DNA from: a virus
Taxonomy: Duplodnaviria; Caudoviricetes
Virus record (IMG/VR): IMGVR_UViG_3300032093_000180
Coordinates: 1 to 54,443 of that record
Reading direction: 5' to 3' (one strand)
DNA: 54,443 nt
Positions 1 to 8,611 of this stretch are shown in pieces. Numbering within the stretch: position 1 is the first letter of the stretch; each line of letters opens with the position of its first letter. The notes under the pieces are model-generated. The model made no database searches. It saw nothing but the letters and a program-made list of their open reading frames with translations, and was not told where the DNA came from. Both the position numbers and the translations under genes were made by a program.

Positions 1-5
1 AGCCG

Positions 6-371
6 GTGGCGTGGGCCAACATTAATAAGCACGGAGACATTACGCACACCAACAACAAAAGAATGCCTTGGTCTAAGACGCCCCTCTACATTACCCCACC
101 CGCACAGCCAGCAAAGCAGGAGCCGGCGGCGTGGTTCGGCTTAGAACCAAGCGACATGCCTGATGGCGATAACCCCATGTATGACCATGATTTTTTTCTA
201 AAGGGTATGGCGTGGGCCGACGCCATTCTGCGTAAGAAGAACACCACCCCACCCGCAGCACAGTGGGCCGGGCTGACGGAAAAAGACTTCTCGGCGATTA
301 ACCAATCCTGTTTGACCAAACTTCAGGCCGCGACAAGCGCCGAGTCAATCCTCAAGGAGAAAAACACATGA
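6..371 (+). CDS. Hypothetical early protein (5'-truncated by window), PLYxTPP / WxGLT / LKEKN module type
   Basis: Open frame from window start; stop overlaps next ATG (ATGA); AAGGAG RBS for the next gene inside its last codons. Confidence 0.75.
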   Translation: MAWANINKHGDITHTNNKRMPWSKTPLYITPPAQPAKQEPAAWFGLEPSDMPDGDNPMYDHDFFLKGMAWADAILRKKNTTPPAAQWAGLTEKDFSAINQSCLTKLQAATSAESILKEKNT

Positions 372-730
372 ACAGAACCGCTTGCCCCAAAGGTATGGTT
401 GACACTTGCTGTGAAAACTATGACAACTGCTCCACTGACCACGAAAAGGACGCGGAGATTAAACGCTTGAATGAGAAGATAGAGTTTCTTGCAAGAACCA
501 ATATGCTGTACAGCGATTGGGAGCACCGCGAAACGCAAGTGACCAGTGATCTGATTCGAAAAGGCATTGAGGAGGCCAAGATCAACGCTGAGTTGCGGGC
601 AGAAATTGAGCGCCTAAAGAAGCGTGAATGGGTTGGGCTGACGGATGAGGACTGCAAGGGCATGAATGTTGGTGACATAGTGGTAGCAATGTGGGCTGAC
701 AGAATCTTGAAGGAGAAGAATCATGGATAA
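368..730 (+). CDS. Hypothetical early protein with coiled coil and REWVGLTDED module
   Basis: ATGA coupling, RBS, shares C-terminal module with upstream gene. Confidence 0.8.
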   Translation: MNRTACPKGMVDTCCENYDNCSTDHEKDAEIKRLNEKIEFLARTNMLYSDWEHRETQVTSDLIRKGIEEAKINAELRAEIERLKKREWVGLTDEDCKGMNVGDIVVAMWADRILKEKNHG

Positions 731-920
731 AGACACAGGTGGGCCAGCGTTTCCAAGTCAGAGGGAACACACAACCAAAGAAGGCATGACCCTGCGCGAC
801 TACTTTGCGGCTAAGGCGATGTATGGTTTTGTTGCCAACGGCAGCACGAACGTGCAAGAGATTGCTCAGGCTTCGTACATCGTGGCTGATGCCATGCTCA
901 AGGCAAGGGGGCAAGCATGA
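723..920 (+). CDS. Small conserved phage protein (GGPAFP...GMTLRDYFAAKAM family)
   Basis: Recognisable motif of a widespread small phage protein family; RBS AAGGAG. Confidence 0.85.
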   Translation: MDKDTGGPAFPSQREHTTKEGMTLRDYFAAKAMYGFVANGSTNVQEIAQASYIVADAMLKARGQA

Positions 921-1087
921 CCAAAGATGACGACGACACCCTGTGCTACCGCTCAGAGCTTGAGGCGGCGGTGAAAGCAGCCGTTGCTGCCGAGCGCGAG
1001 GCGTGTGCGAAGGTGTGTGATGACGTTGGTGATTTTATGCTGTCTCAAGACTATGCCGCCGCCATCCGAGCAAGGGGGCAAGCATGA
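917..1087 (+). CDS. Small hypothetical protein, 56 aa (EREACAKVC...AIRARG type), missing from ORF track
   Basis: Manual translation MTKDDDDTLCYRSELEAAVKAAVAAEREACAKVCDDVGDFMLSQDYAAAIRARGQA; ATGA overlaps at both ends. Confidence 0.8.
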   Translation: MTKDDDDTLCYRSELEAAVKAAVAAEREACAKVCDDVGDFMLSQDYAAAIRARGQA

Positions 1088-1467
1088 GCATGGAAGACTA
1101 CAACTTCAACATGGCGCGTCAAGCATGGGGAACACGACCCGGACCAATCCCCGGATCAATCATTTACAAACAGGAGAAAGAAATGTACGCACCACAGACC
1201 GCAGGAATGGACGCAAAACAAGACCAGCCCATCATCTCTGAGCTTAATCAGCTACAGCAAAACTTGGACTCTTTACAAGATCACATCATTCAACTTGAGT
1301 CACGCCTTGTATCGGTTTTCCGTCAAGAGCCAGAGGTTGAAAAAGAATATGTCACCAAAGAAATGCGCGGCTCATCCCCGGTGGTCAATTCTTTGCGTGA
1401 GTTCAATGCGCATGTGTACAAGATGCGCAATCAAATTTCATTGATGCGCGACAGGTTGGAAGTATGA
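1084..1467 (+). CDS. Hypothetical coiled-coil protein
   Basis: ATGA-coupled ORF in operon. Confidence 0.75.
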   Translation: MSMEDYNFNMARQAWGTRPGPIPGSIIYKQEKEMYAPQTAGMDAKQDQPIISELNQLQQNLDSLQDHIIQLESRLVSVFRQEPEVEKEYVTKEMRGSSPVVNSLREFNAHVYKMRNQISLMRDRLEV

Positions 1468-1691
1468 GCAAACTCAAAACCCTGACCATCCCTGACCACC
1501 ACAAGGTTCAAGCCAAAGCGGTGCTGAACGAGGCTGCGGATGAGCAGCCCGACTCTGTGATCGTGCTGTGCTTCTGGAAAGACAGGGGCCAGTTCAAGAT
1601 CAAGGTGTCCACTGTGCCAGACCGGCTCATGCTGATCGGTGCGCTGGAGGAGGCGAAGAACAAAGTCATTACGGATGGGTATGCAGTATGA
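1464..1691 (+). CDS. Hypothetical protein
   Basis: ATGA-coupled ORF. Confidence 0.75.
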   Translation: MSKLKTLTIPDHHKVQAKAVLNEAADEQPDSVIVLCFWKDRGQFKIKVSTVPDRLMLIGALEEAKNKVITDGYAV

Positions 1692-1951
1692 GACTTTCCC
1701 CGGAAACACTGAAGAAGGTAGAGGCACAAGATGTTTTACCCGGCAACATTTACCCGGCCAAAGGTGGTCGCAAAAATCCCGGCACTGAATGGTGGTTGGT
1801 GGTCAGCGTATCAGCAACAGGTGCTCACTGTATCGGCTTCGACAAGAATGGCAGTCCCTGCGGTGCCACAAGTTACCTTAAGGGTGCCATGCGCGAAAGG
1901 CCAATCGTCGGGCGGGTCGATCTGAGTAAATTGGTTTTGGAGGTTGCATGA
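1688..1951 (+). CDS. Hypothetical protein (MRLSPETLKK...)
   Basis: Start moved to the ATG overlapping the upstream stop; ATGA overlap downstream. Confidence 0.7.
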   Translation: MRLSPETLKKVEAQDVLPGNIYPAKGGRKNPGTEWWLVVSVSATGAHCIGFDKNGSPCGATSYLKGAMRERPIVGRVDLSKLVLEVA

Positions 1952-2190
1952 GAACACACAAAGACAAGCTACAGGCGCTGCTGCACTACCTTGAACTCAA
2001 CACTTTGATTGCGACGTACCGCTTACGGGCCGAACAGTTCTGTGACATGGATGACGAGGTAACAAGCTGGGAATATCTGTTCCGCTGGGTCAAGGCAAAG
2101 GACCAACGCGCTCAGATGTGGACATGGTTTCAGGACGAATATCCAGACGCCGTGATACTCAAGGAGGGATACTATGAAACACACAAATGA
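1948..2190 (+). CDS. Hypothetical protein
   Basis: GGAGG RBS, ATGA coupling. Confidence 0.75.
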   Translation: MRTHKDKLQALLHYLELNTLIATYRLRAEQFCDMDDEVTSWEYLFRWVKAKDQRAQMWTWFQDEYPDAVILKEGYYETHK

Positions 2191-2401
2191 CATCATCCGC
2201 ATGGCGCGGGAGGCTGGGTTCACGAACCCAGAACGGTTTGAGACTGACGACGAAAACCTTCGCGGAATTCTTGAGGACTTCTGGGTCAATCTTGAACGCT
2301 TCGCCGCCCTTGTCGCTGCACGTTGCGCCGAAATCGCATACGAAGCCGAGCCGTTTCATTCTGCGGACCTGATCCGCGAAGCATTTGGAGTGAAGAAATG
2401 A
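2174..2401 (+). CDS. Small phage protein (DIIRMAREAG...ERFAALVAA type)
   Basis: AAGGAGG RBS; recognisable motif. Confidence 0.8.
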   Translation: MKHTNDIIRMAREAGFTNPERFETDDENLRGILEDFWVNLERFAALVAARCAEIAYEAEPFHSADLIREAFGVKK

Positions 2402-2580
2402 ACATTGGACCTGACGGCGCTGAGATTGACGGCGCAAAAGACTTTGAGGTCTACGGCGAGTGGATCAAATTCACAGACGGTGAAGGCTCAACAGTGAAGA
2501 TCACGCCGAGTGTGGTTGCGGCCCTCATGGTTTTTGCAGTCAAGCACGTTAACGACTTTGAAGAAGGAGCATGGGAATGA
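2398..2580 (+). CDS. Hypothetical protein
   Basis: ATGA-coupled at both ends, GGAG RBS. Confidence 0.7.
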   Translation: MNIGPDGAEIDGAKDFEVYGEWIKFTDGEGSTVKITPSVVAALMVFAVKHVNDFEEGAWE

Positions 2581-2954
2581 AATTCCGCAAGAAGCCCGTG
2601 GTCATTGAGGCCGTGCAATGGTTCAAAAACGGCGATCACCCGATGGATTACGCCAGCCCTCAAGATGGATTTCAAAACGGTCGCTTGGTGAACATCCCCG
2701 GCGAACATCGCAGGGCACATGGCTGGGAGGGAGAGGTGGTTCGTTACTTCCGTCACCCGGACAAAGCGTATGCAGGCGAGCGGCATTGCGACAAGTGCGG
2801 CGAAATCATGCACAAGCACGGATGGATCGACACGCTGGAAGGGGGTCACATTGTCTGCCCCGGCGATTGGATCATCACCGGCGTCAAGGGTGAGCACTAC
2901 CCGTGCAAGCCCGACATTTTTGAAGCCACGTATGAAAGAGTGGAGAACAAATGA
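2577..2954 (+). CDS. Conserved phage protein (KFRKKPVVIEA...GDWII...YPCKPDIFEATYE; PGDYG-like)
   Basis: Signature N- and C-terminal motifs, with a CxxC...H insertion. Confidence 0.85.
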   Translation: MKFRKKPVVIEAVQWFKNGDHPMDYASPQDGFQNGRLVNIPGEHRRAHGWEGEVVRYFRHPDKAYAGERHCDKCGEIMHKHGWIDTLEGGHIVCPGDWIITGVKGEHYPCKPDIFEATYERVENK

Positions 2955-3121
2955 CCCGCAAGTACCCGCCCTTCACTGCACAAGAGTGGTGGTTGCAAGA
3001 ACGTGAGAACCAGCTTGCGCTGGCCCATATGTACCACGACCGGCTGCACCCTGAACACCCCAGAGTATGGGAGTGCTTGTTTTTGTGGGCAACGCCCGAC
3101 CTATGGAGAGACCCAGAATGA
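2951..3121 (+). CDS. Small hypothetical protein, 56 aa, missing from ORF track
   Basis: Manual translation MTRKYPPFTAQEWWLQERENQLALAHMY...; GGAG RBS; ATGA overlaps at both ends. Confidence 0.65.
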   Translation: MTRKYPPFTAQEWWLQERENQLALAHMYHDRLHPEHPRVWECLFLWATPDLWRDPE

Positions 3122-3306
3122 TTGACCCAAACAAACTTCAGTACTTCACCACTGCTTCATGGCTGCGCGGCTACGCACAAGGGCTTGATGAGTACCAGCA
3201 CAAAGCACTAATCCACATGCTCAACCAAGCCGCTGGCCTTTTGGATCACGTGTGGGGACGTTATGTCGAGGAACAAGAAGATGAGAAGTTTGGAGGTACA
3301 GATTGA
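3118..3306 (+). CDS. Hypothetical protein
   Basis: ATGA coupling, GGAG RBS. Confidence 0.7.
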   Translation: MIDPNKLQYFTTASWLRGYAQGLDEYQHKALIHMLNQAAGLLDHVWGRYVEEQEDEKFGGTD

Positions 3307-3497
3307 AGTGCCCACTGTGCAAAGCACCGACTGAAGTCAAGCACACCAAGGATGACGATGGAACACCGATCAGACGCCGACACTGCTACAACGAGCACAG
3401 CTTCAACACCAAAGAAGTTGCGATCAGCGAACCCAAACCAAAGCGTCGAATACGCAAAGTGCTGGCCGTTTCAGAGAGTGGACGGAAAGCTGCTTGA
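3303..3497 (+). CDS. Zinc-ribbon protein (NrdR-N/Ogr-like)
   Basis: MKCPLC...T.V..T......RRRHCYNEHSFNTKE pattern; GGAGG RBS, TTG start. Confidence 0.75.
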   Translation: MKCPLCKAPTEVKHTKDDDGTPIRRRHCYNEHSFNTKEVAISEPKPKRRIRKVLAVSESGRKAA

Positions 3498-3554
3498 GAG
3501 AGCCCACAGGCAACTGAGCAAGCAACACCCACAAACATTTGAGGAGGCACCGTT

Positions 3555-3866
3555 TTGACCCCCGAAGCGAAAGTTAAGGCCAAGGTGGTTGCCACCCTCA
3601 AGGCCAACGAGGTGTACTACTTCTACCCGGTCATGGGTGGGTATGGCACCAGCGGCATACCAGATATTGTGGTGTGCTGTAACAGCAGGTTCCTGGCCAT
3701 CGAGTGCAAGGCAGGTAAGAACAAACCAACCGCGCTGCAAGAGCGCAACATGCAGAAGATCAGAGACAGCGGTGGCGTTGCCATCGTGGTCAATGAGGAG
3801 AACCTGAACACCGTTCAGGATGTTTTATCGCAACTACTGGAGATTGAAAATGGGAAACATGAGTGA
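3555..3866 (+). CDS. VRR-NUC domain nuclease (putative Holliday junction resolvase)
   Basis: TPEAKVK, GIPD, FLAIECKA, PTALQ, GGVAIVVNE motifs; GAGGAGG RBS. Confidence 0.9.
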   Translation: MTPEAKVKAKVVATLKANEVYYFYPVMGGYGTSGIPDIVVCCNSRFLAIECKAGKNKPTALQERNMQKIRDSGGVAIVVNEENLNTVQDVLSQLLEIENGKHE

Positions 3867-4479
3867 CGAGATGCAGAAGATTTTGAACGAGTGGCAAGAC
3901 AGTGAGAGCGCCTCCGTGCAGCAACAGCCCGCTCCACGGCAAACTTACCGCAGCATCATCCACAACTACATCAAAGACAACCCTGGGACCACCACAGGGC
4001 AGGTGCTGAAGGCCATGCAGAACAAAGGACTTGCACAGACCCACAGTTCTGTGTCCTCACAGATGACGACCATGTTCCAAGAGTTCATGGTCAGGCGGGA
4101 AGAGGGAGCGATTGATAAGGCGACCGGGCGCAAGATTTACACGTACTACTACGTGCCACCACTGGAATCCGTCAAGCTCAAGGCCGAGCATCTCCGCAAG
4201 AAAGCGCAGGCGCAGGCACGTGCTGAAAAGGCGCGGCAAGCCAAGGCCCTGAAGGCTGAAGCCAAGCAGCGGGCACAGAATATGTTGCATGAACAGTTGG
4301 CGTTGCCCTTGGCGCTCCCGGTGCCCGAGGTTCGCCCTGTGGAGGACGCTGCACCAGCGCCAGCACCCCAAGCCGCCCCTAACCTGCGTGACATGAGCGC
4401 GATGGACATCCTCCACGCCATCAACTTTGCACAGGCCAAGGAGTTGTACAAAGAACTCAAAGAAGCATTCGGAGGTTGA
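3859..4479 (+). CDS. Hypothetical protein, possible winged-helix DNA-binding domain
   Basis: IHNYIKDNPGTTTGQV...SVSSQM helix pattern, then coiled coil. Confidence 0.65.
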   Translation: MSDEMQKILNEWQDSESASVQQQPAPRQTYRSIIHNYIKDNPGTTTGQVLKAMQNKGLAQTHSSVSSQMTTMFQEFMVRREEGAIDKATGRKIYTYYYVPPLESVKLKAEHLRKKAQAQARAEKARQAKALKAEAKQRAQNMLHEQLALPLALPVPEVRPVEDAAPAPAPQAAPNLRDMSAMDILHAINFAQAKELYKELKEAFGG

Positions 4480-4480
4480 G

Positions 4481-4759
4481 ATGGCGATCACAACACCCCC
4501 AGGGGGGTATCAAGAGGTTTGGAGTGATCCACGAGGGCAGTACAACATGCCCCAAGACAACACCAGCACCATCCTGCGTAACGTACAGGGCGACATACAG
4601 AAGATGCGCAATGAGATGATCATGCTCAGAGGCTTCTACGAGTGGATGATCCATGCGTACCCAGAGACCATAGCGCAGTACAAGGCGCTGATGGATTTGC
4701 AGCGGGCGGCCAGTAACAACGAGGCAGGAGAGCAACGTGTCGAATCAGCTTCTTACTGA
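4481..4759 (+). CDS. Hypothetical protein
   Basis: GGAGG RBS; operon position. Confidence 0.7.
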   Translation: MAITTPPGGYQEVWSDPRGQYNMPQDNTSTILRNVQGDIQKMRNEMIMLRGFYEWMIHAYPETIAQYKALMDLQRAASNNEAGEQRVESASY

Positions 4760-4937
4760 ACACAGCAAGATCATGGGAGTGCCAACAATCCGAATCAAGG
4801 TCGGGGACTATGAGTTGTTCGACTGGAAGGATGACACCCACATCGGCATTGCGCGTGCCAATGGTGAGGCTGGCTTGTTCCGCAAGAACGAGTTTGAGGC
4901 GCATGTGGCTGCCTTTTTTGGATTGAACTTCTCATGA
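4737..4937 (+). CDS. Hypothetical protein
   Basis: AGGAG RBS with GTG start; ATGA overlap with polymerase. Confidence 0.6.
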   Translation: MSNQLLTEHSKIMGVPTIRIKVGDYELFDWKDDTHIGIARANGEAGLFRKNEFEAHVAAFFGLNFS

Positions 4938-6799
4938 ACATCCTTACGGTCGATTTTGAGACCTACTACACCAGCACCGATCTGGGCTTCAAGAAACAGA
5001 CCACGGAGGAGTACGTCCGTGATCCACGCTTTGAAGTGATCGGTGTGTCGGTGCAGGTAGATGGTGGCTGGCCCGAGTGGTTTAGCGGCACAAAGGAAGC
5101 CACCAAAGAGTGGCTGCTGCAATTCGACTGGGCCAACAGCATGGCGCTGGCACACAACGCCCTGTTCGATATGGCAATCCTTAACTGGCACTACGGCATT
5201 CGCCCCAAGGCGATTGCTGATACGTTGAGCATGGCACGGGCCATACACGGCACTGAGGTTGGCAACAGCCTCGCCAAGCTGGCCGATTACTACAAGCTGG
5301 GGGTCAAGGGCACAGAGGTGGTGAGCGCGATTGACCTGAAGCGGGAAGATTTTCCTCCCGCAAAGCTGAGAGCGTACGCCGAGTATTGCCGCAATGACGT
5401 AGCGCTGACCTATGACTTGTTCCTGCACCTACTGCCCAAGCTCACACGCGGTGAGCTCAAGCTCATCGACCTGACCATCAGGATGTTTACAGAGCCTGTG
5501 TTGACGCTGGACAAGCCGTTGCTGCAAGCGCATCTTGCTGATGTACGTGAGCGCAAGGCCAAGCTGATGGAGGCTGCCGGGGCCAACCTTGATGACCTCA
5601 TGTCCAACCAGAAGTTTGCAGAACTGCTGCGCGGGTTTGGCGTCGAGCCACCAACAAAGATCAGCCCGACAACGGGCGAGTTAACGTTGGCGATGGCCAA
5701 GAGCGATGAAGGGTTCAAGGCGCTGGCCGAGCACCCTGATGAGCGGGTGCAGGTGCTTGTGGCTGCGCGTCTGGGCAACAAGACCACACTGGAGGAGACC
5801 CGGACCGAGCGGCTGCTGGGTATCGCGGATCGAGGAGTGATACCTGTTCCTCTCTCCTACTACGCCGCCCACACGGGACGGTGGGGTGGGGCCGACAAGC
5901 TCAACTTCCAGAACTTCCCCAGCCGGGGTGAGAACGCAGGCAAGCTCAAACGGGCCATCCTTGCGCCTGAGGGTCACGTGATGATCGACTGTGATTCGTC
6001 GCAGATTGAGGCCCGGGTGCTAGCATGGTTTGCGGGGCAGGATGATCTGGTGGAGGTGTTTGAGAACAACAACGCTGAGATTGCCGCAGGGGTCAAGAAG
6101 AAGGACATGAAGTATGACCCGTACAAGCTCATGGCCTCAGCCATCTACGGCAAGGGCGTGGAGAACATCACTGACCCCGAGCGGTTCGTGGGCAAGACCA
6201 CCATTCTGGGCAGCGGGTACGGCATGGGCAGCGCCAAGTTCAAGGCGCAGCTTAAGACGTTTGAGGTTGAGATTTCGGACGACGAGTCCGCCCGCATCAT
6301 CAACACATACCGTGAAACATATCCGTGGATACCGGCGCTATGGAAGGCGGGCTCCGCCGCCATTGAAGCCATGTCCAAGGGCAAGACCGCCAAGTGGGGA
6401 CGCAAGGGCATCATTGACATCCAGAAGGAAGGCATCCTCATGCCCAACGGGCTGCACCAGCGGTACCCCAACCTGCGAAAAGTCAAAGACAAAGACGGCA
6501 AAGAGCAGTATATTTATGACTCCCGCAAAGGGCCGGTCAAGCTCTACGGGGGCAAGTTGACAGAGAACATCTGTCAGGGATTGGCACGTTGCATCATCGG
6601 TGAGCAGATGCTGCGCATTGCCAAACGGTACAAGGTGGTGCTCACCGTTCACGATGCCGTGGCGTGTATTGCACCCGAGGCAGAGGTTGAAGAGGCGATG
6701 GCGTATGTCATGGAGTGCATGCGCTTTGTGCCCGAGTGGGCGCAGGGCATACCACTGAACTGTGAGGCTGGATACGGGAGGAGTTATGGCGACTGCTGA
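4934..6799 (+). CDS. polA: DNA polymerase family A with 3'-5' exonuclease
   Basis: Exo DFET, HNALFD, YCRND; HTGRWG; motif A DSSQIEARV; motif B RFVGKTTILGSGYG; motif C TVHD. Confidence 0.96.
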   Translation: MNILTVDFETYYTSTDLGFKKQTTEEYVRDPRFEVIGVSVQVDGGWPEWFSGTKEATKEWLLQFDWANSMALAHNALFDMAILNWHYGIRPKAIADTLSMARAIHGTEVGNSLAKLADYYKLGVKGTEVVSAIDLKREDFPPAKLRAYAEYCRNDVALTYDLFLHLLPKLTRGELKLIDLTIRMFTEPVLTLDKPLLQAHLADVRERKAKLMEAAGANLDDLMSNQKFAELLRGFGVEPPTKISPTTGELTLAMAKSDEGFKALAEHPDERVQVLVAARLGNKTTLEETRTERLLGIADRGVIPVPLSYYAAHTGRWGGADKLNFQNFPSRGENAGKLKRAILAPEGHVMIDCDSSQIEARVLAWFAGQDDLVEVFENNNAEIAAGVKKKDMKYDPYKLMASAIYGKGVENITDPERFVGKTTILGSGYGMGSAKFKAQLKTFEVEISDDESARIINTYRETYPWIPALWKAGSAAIEAMSKGKTAKWGRKGIIDIQKEGILMPNGLHQRYPNLRKVKDKDGKEQYIYDSRKGPVKLYGGKLTENICQGLARCIIGEQMLRIAKRYKVVLTVHDAVACIAPEAEVEEAMAYVMECMRFVPEWAQGIPLNCEAGYGRSYGDC

Positions 6800-7517
6800 C
6801 CCCCGAAGGGGCAAGGTGTTGAAGGGAAAGACACTCCCCTACGGTACGCTCACCATGAGCGAAGGAGACAGTGTGATCAGGCACGCCTATTACTATTACG
6901 GCTACCGCCACGACGAAGACATGCCCCCACTGCCACACATTGAGCCTGATGAGCAGGTGGTGGACCCAGAAGAAGAGTTGTGGGAGAAAGAAAAACAGGC
7001 ATACATTAAAGACCTGCTGGATGGGTTGACCCCCCGGGAGGCCAAGATACTGCGTATGCGGTTCGGGATTGAGTTAGATCATGATATGTCTCTTGAAGAA
7101 GTAGGCAGCACGTTTGATGTATCCCGTGAGCGCATACGACAGATTGAAGCCAAGGCGATCCGCAAACTCAAGCACCCGGACCGAAAACTGCGAGAGGTTA
7201 TTTACCCAGAGATCAGCTTCTACTGGAAGAAGCAAAGCGAAGCCAGACTGCGTGAACGCATGTTTGAGATTGAGATGACACAGATGGGGTGGGCTTGGTA
7301 CCAGCGGCAGTTAGATGGGCGTATCTCCTTCATCAAACACCCCAAAGCCAATTCATGGATTGAGCACATCAAATTAACTAACCCAAACCTTCACAGGCGA
7401 ATTGAATATGAAGTCAACCGATACCTCAATGACATCTTCACTAATCGACTACGCACACCCGTGCATGATGGCCGAGAACGCTCTGAAAGAGGCGCACAAG
7501 CACATGCTAAACCGTGA
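6786..7517 (+). CDS. Protein with RpoD-like sigma70 region 4 domain only
   Basis: LTPREAKILRMRFGI...SLEEVGSTFDVSRERIRQIEAKAIRKLKHP; no region 2 recognised. Confidence 0.85.
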   Translation: MATADPRRGKVLKGKTLPYGTLTMSEGDSVIRHAYYYYGYRHDEDMPPLPHIEPDEQVVDPEEELWEKEKQAYIKDLLDGLTPREAKILRMRFGIELDHDMSLEEVGSTFDVSRERIRQIEAKAIRKLKHPDRKLREVIYPEISFYWKKQSEARLRERMFEIEMTQMGWAWYQRQLDGRISFIKHPKANSWIEHIKLTNPNLHRRIEYEVNRYLNDIFTNRLRTPVHDGRERSERGAQAHAKP

Positions 7518-7608
7518 TTACGATGAAGCCATCGAGCAGGCCCTCGACGCAATTGTCGAAACAAGGCTGATGATCAACGCCATCAGGCACATGAAGGGCG
7601 ACCAGTGA
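7429..7608 (+). CDS. Hypothetical helical protein
   Basis: Overlaps end of upstream gene; GTGA coupling to nuclease; start uncertain. Confidence 0.6.
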   Translation: MTSSLIDYAHPCMMAENALKEAHKHMLNRDYDEAIEQALDAIVETRLMINAIRHMKGDQ

Positions 7609-8291
7609 AAAACCCCCCTGCATGGAGTTACTCCAGCATCACGCTGTTTGAGCAGTGCCCCAAGAAGTACTACCACCTGCGGGTGGCCAAAGACATCAAG
7701 GAGCCTGACAGTGAGGCCATGATGTACGGCAAGGACGTACACACGGCAGCGGAGAAATTCATGCGGGACGGCACCCCATTGCCTGAGAAGTATGCGTTCA
7801 TGCGTCCGATGCTGGAGAAGCTCCAAGCCATACCCGGTGACAAACACTGTGAACTCAAGATGGGCCTCAAGAAGGTGGACGGGCGGCTTATGCCGTGCGG
7901 CTTCTTTGACAAGGAGGTGTGGTTCAGGGGAGTGGCTGACCTGTTGATCATCAACAAGGACAAGGGTGAGGGGCGCGTCATTGACTACAAGACTGGCAAG
8001 AGCGCCAAGTACGCGGATACCAAGCAGCTTGCCCTGATGGCGGCATGTGTGTTTGCGCACTTCCCAGAGGTGAAGGTGGTCAAGTCAGGGCTGCTGTTCG
8101 TGGTGAGCGAAGAGTTTGTAAAGGCGCAGTTCAAGGCTGAGACTGGCTACAGTATCTTTTCAGAACTCGATGACACACTGACCGCCAGAGAGGCCGCGTA
8201 TGAGTCCGAGGTGTTCAACCCCAAGCGTAATTTCAGTTGCAAGGCGTGGTGCCCTGTGCTAATCTGTCCGCATAATGGAAGGAGCGAATGA
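7605..8291 (+). CDS. PD-(D/E)XK exonuclease, Cas4/AddB-like
   Basis: WSYSSITLFEQCP, GKDVH, RGVADL, IDYKTGK, QL, C-terminal CKAWCPVLICP (four Cys, Fe-S type). Confidence 0.9.
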   Translation: MKNPPAWSYSSITLFEQCPKKYYHLRVAKDIKEPDSEAMMYGKDVHTAAEKFMRDGTPLPEKYAFMRPMLEKLQAIPGDKHCELKMGLKKVDGRLMPCGFFDKEVWFRGVADLLIINKDKGEGRVIDYKTGKSAKYADTKQLALMAACVFAHFPEVKVVKSGLLFVVSEEFVKAQFKAETGYSIFSELDDTLTAREAAYESEVFNPKRNFSCKAWCPVLICPHNGRSE

Positions 8292-8608
8292 TGCCCTACA
8301 AAAACAAAGCTGATCGTGACCCCAAGCACGAATGGCAGCTTGAGAAGAAGCGCGATGGTGCCCATGAGGCACGGATGGAGCGTCAACGCGCCCGTCGAGC
8401 CATCGACAAAAAACACCCCGACCGCAACGGTAACGGCACTGCCGACATCCGTGAGGGCAAAGACGTTGCCCACCGCGTAGCCCTGAGCAAGGGTGGCAGT
8501 AACAAACACGGTGTGCAGATCGAGCCGTCCTCAAAGAACCGTTCATTCAAACGCGCTTCCAACCACAAGGTGGTGTCGGAAGTCAGCACCCGAGAGCGCA
8601 AGAAATAA
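8288..8608 (+). CDS. Small basic HNH-like protein
   Basis: R..R.RARR, GKDVAHRVALSKGGSN...NRS motif. Confidence 0.75.
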   Translation: MMPYKNKADRDPKHEWQLEKKRDGAHEARMERQRARRAIDKKHPDRNGNGTADIREGKDVAHRVALSKGGSNKHGVQIEPSSKNRSFKRASNHKVVSEVSTRERKK

Positions 8609-8611
8609 AGT

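Noticed and set aside
7605-8291. Cas4-like nuclease as sign of a CRISPR system
   Set aside because: No repeat-spacer array or other cas genes; such nucleases are routine in phage replication modules
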